Source: Octopus sinensis (taxonomy: Eukaryota). Taken from it: a DNA stretch of 9,711 bases. The stretch covers positions 1 through 9,711 of the forward strand of contig NW_021827900.1 of NCBI RefSeq assembly GCF_006345805.1, read 5' to 3'. The first letter of the stretch is position 1. The number at the start of each line of letters is the position of its first letter. Made by a program: the position numbers and the translations under genes. Of this stretch, positions 1 through 6,744 are shown piece by piece. The notes beneath the pieces are model-generated. The model saw only the letters and a program-made list of their open reading frames with translations, was not told the origin of the DNA and did no database searches.

Positions 1-21
1 GACTGGTCAGTCACGAAAAAG

Positions 22-23
<2 letters not shown>

Positions 24-62
<39 letters not shown>

Positions 63-85
63 CATATATATATATACATATATAT
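24..85. repeat. (TA)n microsatellite with CA interruptions
   Basis: Directly visible TA/CA dinucleotide run. Confidence 0.97.
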
Positions 86-489
86 TACTCTTTACTCTTT
101 TACTTGTTTCAGTCATTTTACTGCAGCCATGCTGGAGCACCGCCTTTAATCGAGCAACTCGACCCCGGAACTTATTCTTTTGTAAGCCCAGTACTTATTC
201 TATCGGTCTCTTTTGCCGAACCGCTAAGTGACGGGGACATAAACACACCAGCATCGGTTGTCAACCAATGCTAGAGGTTGACAAACACAAACACACACAC
301 GCATACATATATATATATATATACATATATATACGACGGGCTTCTTTCAGTTTCCGTCTACCAAATCCACTCACAAGGCTTTGGTCGGCCCGAGGCTATA
401 GTAGAAGACACTTGCCCAAGGTGCCACGCAGTGGGACTGAACCCGGAACCATGTGGTTGGTAGACAGGCTACTTACCACACAACCACTC
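86..489 (-). mobile_element. tRNA-derived SINE with CORE-like segment, internal (TA)/(TG) microsatellite and AAAGAGT-type 3' tail (octopus OR/OK-like by recollection)
   Basis: Reverse complement starts GTGGTTGTGTGGTAAG...GGTTCAGTCCC (A and B boxes), then GTGGCACCTTGGGCAAGT (410-427, CORE-like). An internal microsatellite lies at 281-333. The 3' end reads TGACTGAAACAAGTAAAAGAGTAAAGAGTA and abuts (TA)n. Confidence 0.85.
433..486 (-). promoter_or_regulatory. RNA polymerase III internal promoter (A box 486-476, B box 443-433) of the SINE
   Basis: TGGTTGTGTGG resembles the A box TGGCNNAGTGG. GGTTCAGTCCC resembles the B box GGTTCGANNCC. Spacing is tRNA-like. Confidence 0.75.
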
Positions 490-506
490 ATATACACACA
501 CATATA

Positions 507-546
<40 letters not shown>
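490..546. repeat. (TA)n/(CA)n microsatellite
   Basis: Directly visible. Confidence 0.95.
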
Positions 547-550
<4 letters not shown>

Positions 551-747
551 ATTCGTTAGCTCTTACACGCATTTTTTTCTCTCCTTGTTTCTCTCCTTGT
601 TTTTTTCTGTGTATCTTTCTGTCGAAGAGCGTAGGCTCGAAACGTAAAAGACTTGTTTTATTTCTATTCCTGAGCGCCATACTAATACATTTGTTTGTTT
701 GTACTCCACCTGCCTTCGTCTTTTGTTTATTTTCGTAAAGCTTCCTG

Positions 748-748
<1 letters not shown>
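547..748 (+). mobile_element. Probable Penelope-like element terminal (pseudo-LTR/UTR) fragment
   Basis: T-rich non-coding island between two TA tracts carrying a minimal hammerhead motif with palindromic ACGT stem III, the form known from Penelope-like elements. It also has a 12 bp tandem duplication at 577-600. No RT or GIY-YIG coding sequence is present, so the assignment rests on the ribozyme motif. Confidence 0.55.
614..651 (+). ncRNA. Minimal type I hammerhead ribozyme motif (variant core CUGUCGA)
   Basis: Stem I TCTTT(614-618)/AAAGA(647-651); core CTGTCGA 619-625 plus an extra A; stem II GAGC/GCTC with GTAG loop; GAAA 639-642; palindromic ACGT 642-645; putative cleavage after GUA at 646. 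Core position 6 is U rather than A. Confidence 0.7.
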
Positions 749-795
<47 letters not shown>

Positions 796-836
796 TATAT
801 ATGTATACATACATATATACCTATATACATATATAC

Positions 837-907
<71 letters not shown>

Positions 908-967
908 ATATATATATATATATATGTATGTATATATATATATGTGTATATATATATATATATATAT
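749..967. repeat. Long interrupted (TA)n microsatellite (~220 bp)
   Basis: Directly visible. It is the source of the Tyr-Ile ORFs in the track. Confidence 0.98.
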
Positions 968-2774
968 GAAAGGTAGGTCTGGAGAGATTGTTGAGCTGCT
1001 TGAACGGAGACGTGTGGATTCATGCTGCATCCAGGAAGTAAGGTGGAGAGGAGGTTCCGCTAGGCTCCTCACAGGCAAAGAACACAGGTACAAGATTTTC
1101 TGGGCAGGGAACACTGACGGGGTCGGGGGCGTGGGTATACTTCTTGCGGAGAAATGGGTAGATAAGGTAATCGAGGTAGTCAGAGTAAGTGACAGAGTAC
1201 TTAAGATTAGATTAGTGCTTCACCATAGGTCAGCTACCATCATCTCGGCATATGCCCCTCAACCAGGGCTACCGGAAGGACAGAAAGACCAATTCTACGA
1301 CACCCTATTGCGGACTACCTCGTTGACAGATGACAGTGACCTTCTCTTTGTGGCAGGTGATTTCAATGGACATGTTGGACGGCATGTCGGGGGCTTCCAT
1401 GGCGTCCATGGAGGCTACGGTTTTGGCTCTCGAAATGAGGAGGGAACCAGGCTGCTGGAGTTCTGCGATGCAAATGACCTTATGGTTTGCAATACCAACT
1501 TTAGGAAACCCGCCTCTCACCTAGTCACCTACCATTCTGGCAGACACACTAGCCAGATTGACTACATCCTCGCCAGAAAGAGGGAAAGAGGGCTGCTTAT
1601 AAACGCCAAAACCTTTCCAGGCAAAGAATGTACTCCTCAACATAGATTAGTAGTTAGCGACTTCAGGATCAGAGCTAAATGGTTGCCCAGAAGAAGACCA
1701 GCTTGGAGGAGAAGGGTCTGGAAGCTTAAAGATCCTGCAAATGGACAGAGATTTAGAGACATACTACTCGAAGCCTTTGACGAAAAAGAAGGGGATATAG
1801 CTTCACTCAATGTGGAAGACAACTGGAGATTTCTACGGGACAATCTGCTGACAGCCACTGACCAGATTTGTGGATGGAGCAAAGTCCCATCTCGAACCAG
1901 AGTAACGTGGTGGTGGAACAATGTGGTTGACAAGGCTGTTAGACAAAAGAAACAGGCTTGGAGGGACTGGAAGAATGGTGGTAGCAGGGAATCGTATCAG
2001 ACAGCCAGAAGAGAAGCTAGGAGACAGGTTTATTTACCCAGACGGGAAGCGGATAAGAAAAAAATTACTAATGTTCTGCGCCATGAGGATGAAAAACTTG
2101 AGGTATTATTTCGTGTTGCAAGACAGTGTGTGAGAGAGAATCGTGATGTGGTTGGAGAGAAATGTGTTCGCATGGATGATGGTTCACTTGCGCTAAATGA
2201 GGATGCAAAGAGAGAGGTTTGGAGATGCCACTATGAAAGGTTGCTGAATAAAGAAAATGAATGGGATAAAGAGAGTCTGCCGAATGTCAACCCAACAGAG
2301 GGACCAGCCAGCCGAGTTGACAATTCTTTGGTAGTTAAGGCAATTAGAAGCATGAAGACAGGGAAAGCCCCAGGCCCATCAGGAATTACTGCAGAGATGC
2401 TAAAAATATCTGGCAGTGTCGGCTATAACCTAGTCACCCGTATAGTTAACCAGGTGATACACAAAGGAGTCATACCCAATGACTGGTGTAGCAGCATACT
2501 AGCCAACTGCTACAAAGGTAAAGGTGATGCCCTAGATACAAATAGTTACAGAGGTATCAAGCTGCTGGATCAGGTAATGAAGGTTACGGAGAGGGTCATA
2601 GCCCAACTGATTAGGGAAAGAGTCAACTTGGACGAGATGCAGTTTGGTTTCATGCCAGGGAAAAGCACCACTGATGCCATATTTCTGGTGAGACAGCTGC
2701 AGGAGAAATACCTAGCCAAAGAAAAGCCCCTGTACCTGGCTTTCGTTGACATGGAGAAAGCCTTTGACAGATAA
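924..2774 (+). CDS. Uninterrupted ORF encoding APE endonuclease (lacking N-terminal motif I), linker and N-terminal RT; element-derived part starts at ATG 966
   Basis: 616 aa ORF in the track. The first 14 codons are microsatellite. It ends at TAA 2772-2774, created by a 5 nt insertion. Expression is unproven. Confidence 0.6.
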   Translation: MYVYIYMCIYIYIYMKGRSGEIVELLERRRVDSCCIQEVRWRGGSARLLTGKEHRYKIFWAGNTDGVGGVGILLAEKWVDKVIEVVRVSDRVLKIRLVLHHRSATIISAYAPQPGLPEGQKDQFYDTLLRTTSLTDDSDLLFVAGDFNGHVGRHVGGFHGVHGGYGFGSRNEEGTRLLEFCDANDLMVCNTNFRKPASHLVTYHSGRHTSQIDYILARKRERGLLINAKTFPGKECTPQHRLVVSDFRIRAKWLPRRRPAWRRRVWKLKDPANGQRFRDILLEAFDEKEGDIASLNVEDNWRFLRDNLLTATDQICGWSKVPSRTRVTWWWNNVVDKAVRQKKQAWRDWKNGGSRESYQTARREARRQVYLPRREADKKKITNVLRHEDEKLEVLFRVARQCVRENRDVVGEKCVRMDDGSLALNEDAKREVWRCHYERLLNKENEWDKESLPNVNPTEGPASRVDNSLVVKAIRSMKTGKAPGPSGITAEMLKISGSVGYNLVTRIVNQVIHKGVIPNDWCSSILANCYKGKGDALDTNSYRGIKLLDQVMKVTERVIAQLIRERVNLDEMQFGFMPGKSTTDAIFLVRQLQEKYLAKEKPLYLAFVDMEKAFDR

Positions 2775-3967
2775 GGGTCCCCCGATCCCTTATCTGGTGG
2801 TCAATGAGGAAACTAGGGATAGATGAATGGCTGGTGAGGGCCGTGCAAGACATGTACAGGGATGCCATAACTAAGGTTAGGGTTGGCAACATGTACACAA
2901 GAATTCAAAGTAGAGGTTGGGGTCCACTAGGGTTGAGTACTCAGCCCCCTCCTATTTATCATAGTCCTCCAGGTAATTACGGAGGAATTCAAGACAAGTT
3001 GCCCCTGGGAGCTCCTCTATGCTGACGACCTTGCTCTAATTGCTGAGTCACTATCAGAACTGGAGGAGAAGTTCCAGGTGTGGAAGGAGGGTTTAGAATC
3101 GAGGGGCCTTAGAGTCAACCTAGCTAAAACCAAAGTACTAATAAGTAGGAATGTAAACCACAAATGTCTTCAGGAAGATGGCCCTGCTCGATCTGTAGAA
3201 AAGGTGTAGGTAGAAACTCTATAAGATGTACCCAGTGTAAGCTATGGACACATAAGAGGTGCAGCAATGTCAAAGGTAGGCTAACTGGGAAGATAGTTTT
3301 TGTATGTGGCAGATGCTTAGGAGCAATAAACTCTGAAAATCTGCAGAAAACAACTTCCGTCACTTTCCAGAGGGACAAATTAGAAGTAGTTGATAGCTTC
3401 CGTTACCTAGGGGACCAAGTCAGTAGTGGGGGTGGGTGCATTGAAAGTGTAACTGCTAGAGTAAGAATAGCCTGGGCAAAGTTTAGGGAGCTCTTACCTC
3501 TGCTGGTGACAAAAGGCCTCTCGCTCAGAGTAAAAGGCAGACTGTATGATGCATGTGTACGTACAGCCATGCTACATGGTAGTGAAACATGGGCTGTGAC
3601 TGCTGAGGATATGCGTAAGCTCGCAAGAAATGAAGCCAGTATGCTCCGATGGATGTGTAATGTCAGTGTTCATAATCGACAGAGTGTAGGTGCCTTGAGA
3701 GAAAAGTTGGACCTATGAAGCATCAGTTGTGGTGTGCAAGAGAGACGCTTGTGCTGGTATGGTCATGTGACGAGAATCGCTGAAGATAGTTGTGTTCAAA
3801 AGTGCCACACCCTAGCGGTTGAGGGATCCTGTAGAAGAGGTAGACCCAGGAAAACCTGGGATGAGGTGGTGAAGCACGACCTTCGAACTGTAGGTCTCAC
3901 CAAGGAAATGATTAGAAACCGAGACCTATGGAAGTATGCTGTGCGTGAGAAGACCCGGCAAGACTAG
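2775..3967 (+). pseudogene. Disrupted C-terminal half of the RTE ORF (RT core, PHD finger, C-terminal domain)
   Basis: Reconstructed by comparison with copy 3: 2 nt deletion near 2899, TAG 2928-2930 and TGA 2934-2936 within GVHQGS, YADD 3018-3029, net 4 nt deletion near 3160, premature TGA 3716-3718, natural stop TAG 3965-3967. Confidence 0.88.
3185..3316 (+). other. PHD-type zinc finger (C4HC3) coding segment inside the RTE ORF
   Basis: CSIC-x10-CTQC-KLWT-H-KR-C-x14-CGRC gives C-x2-C-x10-C-x2-C-x4-H-x2-C-x14-C-x2-C, with the typical Trp two residues before the His. Confidence 0.85.
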
Positions 3968-4075
3968 TGGGACCAAAACCCGTGGCCTCTACCTGGTATG
4001 TAGCCAGTCGACTTATACATACCTTTCCTTCTTGGGACATAAAACTCCACTTGTAAAGAGCTGTTGAGGCAAGTG

Positions 4076-4146
4076 AAAATCAAAATCAAAATCAAACCAA
4101 ATCAAATCAGATATCAGAAAGCAGAACCAAAATCGAAGTCGAAATT
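4076..4146 (+). repeat. Degenerate (AAAATC)n run in the RTE 3' UTR
   Basis: aaaatcaaaatcaaaatcaaaccaaatcaaatc...; an equivalent run lies at 9525-9561 in copy 3. Confidence 0.85.
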
Positions 4147-4161
4147 GCAGCTGTGATACCA

Positions 4162-4499
4162 GTGCCGGTAACAAGTAAGCGAACCACCCGATCGTGGCCG
4201 TTGCCAGCGCTGCCCCATGCTTTTTCCGTGCCGGTGGCACGTAATAAGCACCATCTGTTCGTGGCCGTTGCCAGCCTCGCCTGGCCCCCCATGCCGGTGG
4301 CACATAGCACCATCCATTCATGGCCGTTGCCCGCATCGACTGGCCCCTGTGCCGGTGGCACGTAAAAAGCACCATCCGATCGTGGCTATTGCCAGCCTCG
4401 CGTGGCCCCCGTGCCGGTGGCATGTAAAAAGCACCATCTGTCTGTGGCCATTTGCCAGCTCCATCTGGCACCTGTGCGGGTGGCACGTAAAAAGCACCC
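4162..4499 (+). repeat. Tandem array of ~58-66 bp units (five complete plus one partial) in the RTE 3' UTR
   Basis: Units start at 4162, 4228, 4291, 4349, 4411 and 4474. Consensus is approximately GTGCCGGTGGCACGTAAAAAGCACCATCCGATCGTGGCCGTTGCCAGCCTCGCCTGGCCCC. Confidence 0.93.
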
Positions 4500-4645
4500 A
4501 CTACACTCACGGAGTGGTTGGCGTTAGGAAGGGCATCCAGCCGTAGAAACACTGCCAGATCAGACTGGGCCTGATGCAGCCTTCTGACTTCATAGACCCC
4601 AGTTGAACTGTCCAACCCATGCTAGCATGGAAAACGGACGCTAAG

Positions 4646-4675
4646 TGATGATGACGATGATGATGGTGATGATGA
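4646..4675 (+). repeat. (GAT)n 3' tail of RTE copy 1
   Basis: tgatgatgacgatgatgatggtgatgatga, 15 nt downstream of the palindrome CCATGCTAGCATGG (4617-4630). Confidence 0.85.
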
Positions 4676-4676
4676 C

Positions 4677-5735
4677 AGATTAGAACTTCTTTATACAGCT
4701 GTCCTCATCCATTACAGTGCAGCCTTCTCTCTTCAATACTCTTATACCCAGATTTTCTCAGAAATCATTTACACTCTGTCATATATGCACCCTAACATTA
4801 CCCATCTGGTGGAATAGGCTGACTTCATTTCTTTCAAGCCTTTGCATGTTCTCTGTAGTCAGAACCCATATTTCACTGCCATGTAGCATAGCTGTTCATA
4901 CACTCTGACTTTCCCTCTGAGAGTGAGACACTTTGTTACCAACAAATGTAGCAGCTCTCTGGACATTGTGCAGTCTGTTCTTATTCTGACACCTATACCT
5001 TCAGAGCTTCCTCCTCCACTACTAACTTGGTTACCTAGGTAACAGAAACTATCTATTACTTCTACAGACCCTTCTAACATTTGAGAGAGTCTGTTTTCTG
5101 TACCTGCACACAAAGACTACTTTCTCTGTTAATCTTACTGTAATATTGCTGCACCTCTTATGTGTCCATCCATAGCTATCACTGGGCATCCCATATGGAG
5201 TTTCTATCTACAACTTTTCTTCATATTGAGTAGGACTATCGCCCTAAAGGGATTAGTGAGTTTTCCAGTATGTTGTCCATCATGTCCATTGAAGTCACCA
5301 GCCACAAAGAGAAGGTCCCTGTCATTCGTCAACAAGGTTGTCTGCAAGAGGGTGTCATAGAATCGGTCTTTCTGTCCATCAGGTAGCCCTGGCTGAGGGG
5401 CATAGGCCGAGATAATGGTTGCTAACCCATGATGTAGCACTAATCAAATCTGAAGTATTCTGTCGCATACTCTGACTACCTCAATTACCTTATCCACCGA
5501 TTTCTCCACAAGAAGTATACCTACACCCCTGACCAGAAAAATCTTCTACTTGTGTTCTTTGCCTGTGAGGAACCTAGCAGAATCTCCTCTCCACCTTACT
5601 TCTTGGATGCAGCACATATCATCTCAACAATCTCACCAGACCTACCTTTCAGTGTGCCGATGTTGAGAGTGCCAACCCTGAGGGTGTGGGAGGTATGGAT
5701 CCTTGAGACCCTGGGACTGGAGACAGCAGCGTCAT
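4677..5735 (-). mobile_element. Older RTE copy 2, inverted, internally deleted (EN N-half fused to PHD/C-terminal region) and 3'-truncated
   Basis: The reverse complement reads [22 protein letters not shown], then [11 protein letters not shown] and VAGDFNGH. At ~5265 it jumps to the PHD region (WTHKRCS, 5168-5148), then VEVIDSFCYLG. It stops at the tail of copy 1 and carries many stops and indels. Confidence 0.88.
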
Positions 5736-5983
5736 GTACCTGAAAAGAGAGCTTGCATTTGGCAGAATTCATAAAACAATAGCCTTAAGTTCAACCTGCA
5801 TACACTACACTATCATATTTTTGCACTATATGATCACTACCTTACATAGTAGGGGTGGGGATGGCGTAAAGCCTTTAGAAGTGTTCTTGAGAGACAACCA
5901 AAAGATGACAAAGAATAGGAACTTCTGGTACAGGTGGAGGAAGTGGGAGGGTGATCGTACCACAAACTAGCAAATTTGACCAA

Positions 5984-6185
5984 GAGCATCTTCTGGATAC
6001 GTATTCTTTCGGTGGAAGTATTAAAAATCGAGTAGGAGAATCCGAGTGTGAGCACTAGTTTATATAGGGTGGTGGTAGTGGTGGAGGAAGTCTTGGTAAG
6101 GTGAGTGGTAAACAAAAGAGAGAGAGACACACAGACAGAGTGAGGCCAAGAGAGAGAGAGAGGTGGTCAGAACCCGAGGTAGAAA
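5984..6185. repeat. Direct repeat copy A (partner at 6539-6742, ~555 bp offset)
   Basis: Shared blocks GAGCATC, AAATCGAG, CTAGTTTATATAGG, GGTGGAGGAAGTCTTGG.AAGGTGAGTGGTAA, a GA-rich tract and GGTGGTCAGAA. Confidence 0.85.
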
Positions 6186-6538
6186 ATTATTCTTTCAGGA
6201 TTTGTGTGGCATAGTTAAATTTAACGAGACAGCAAATGTTGATAACAGTAAAATAGAATTGAAGAATCTGAGCGCCAATCTAAGACAAAATTAGGGAAAT
6301 AAGTGACTGTGTGATAAAATTTAATAGATGAATGAATGAATATGTTGCGGTTAAGGAAATGCGTGAACTAAGGTTATCTTAAGGCAACAACAAGGAAGAC
6401 GAAACTATTGAAACTATATTTACATGATGACATGGTACTGAAATAGAAGGAATAATGAAAAGAACTAATAAGGGGTTTATGATATGTGCAGAAATAGAAG
6501 AGAAGATGACTGGTTTGAAAAGACAAAACTTCTTATCT

Positions 6539-6742
6539 GAGCATCATCAGGGATTCGTAATTTTCAGCTGAGGTATTGAAATCGAGAAGGGGAGTCAGAG
6601 TGCATGCGCTAGTTTATATAGGATGGTGGTGGAGGAAGTCTTGGCAAGGTGAGTGGTAATCGAAAGAGAGAGAGAGACAAAGACAGAGTGAGACACAGAG
6701 AGAGTGGGTAGTGGTGGTCAGAATATGAGGGATGATAGAAAT
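6539..6742. repeat. Direct repeat copy B
   Basis: Aligns by eye to 5984-6185. Confidence 0.85.
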
Positions 6743-6744
6743 AC

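Larger units (their letters stand above)
967..4675 (+). mobile_element. RTE-clade non-LTR retrotransposon, copy 1, 5'-truncated, with long 3' UTR and (GAT)n tail
   Basis: APE endonuclease motifs (QEVRW, SAYAPQ, GDFNGH, QIDYIL), RT motifs ([31 protein letters not shown] at 3018-3029) and an RTE-type C-terminus (WYGHV...GRPRKTW...DLW). The 3' UTR layout is shared with copy 3 and ends in a (GAT)n tail. Confidence 0.92.

Noticed and set aside
1-14. Near-palindrome GACTGGTCAGTC at the window start
   Set aside because: Short and cut by the window edge, with no context to interpret it.
415-489. Possible tRNA gene
   Set aside because: A and B boxes are present but there is no convincing cloverleaf, and the sequence continues into a SINE body.
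268-1114. Multiple Tyr-Ile-rich ORFs on both strands
   Set aside because: They are translations of (TA)n microsatellite, which lacks stop codons; there is no other coding evidence.
966-3967. Programmed frameshift or readthrough producing full-length protein from copy 1
   Set aside because: Six separate lesions, none shared with copy 3, and two destroy the conserved QG motif region; this is decay rather than recoding.
4262-4310. HDV-like ribozyme: CCAGCCTCGCCTGG...GCCGGTGGCAC resembles the HDV P3/L3/P1 region, and RTE elements are known to carry such ribozymes
   Set aside because: Only a 4 bp P1 can be drawn, there is no room for P2 between P1 and P3, and no J4/2 catalytic C segment is evident. 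Twister and pistol consensus cores were also not matched by eye.
4162-4499. CRISPR-like array
   Set aside because: Units are contiguous diverged repeats with no unique spacers, there are no cas genes, and the context is eukaryotic.
4013-4615. 200 aa minus-strand ORF with repeating YVPPA peptides, plus other overlapping ORFs
   Set aside because: A by-product of the GC-rich tandem array; no recognisable domain, and unit lengths are not consistently multiples of three.
6199-6570. A-rich plus-strand stretch with few stops after a TCTTTCAG acceptor-like site, possibly a decayed ORF or host exon
   Set aside because: Contains in-frame stops and a frame change, has no recognisable motif and no clear donor site.
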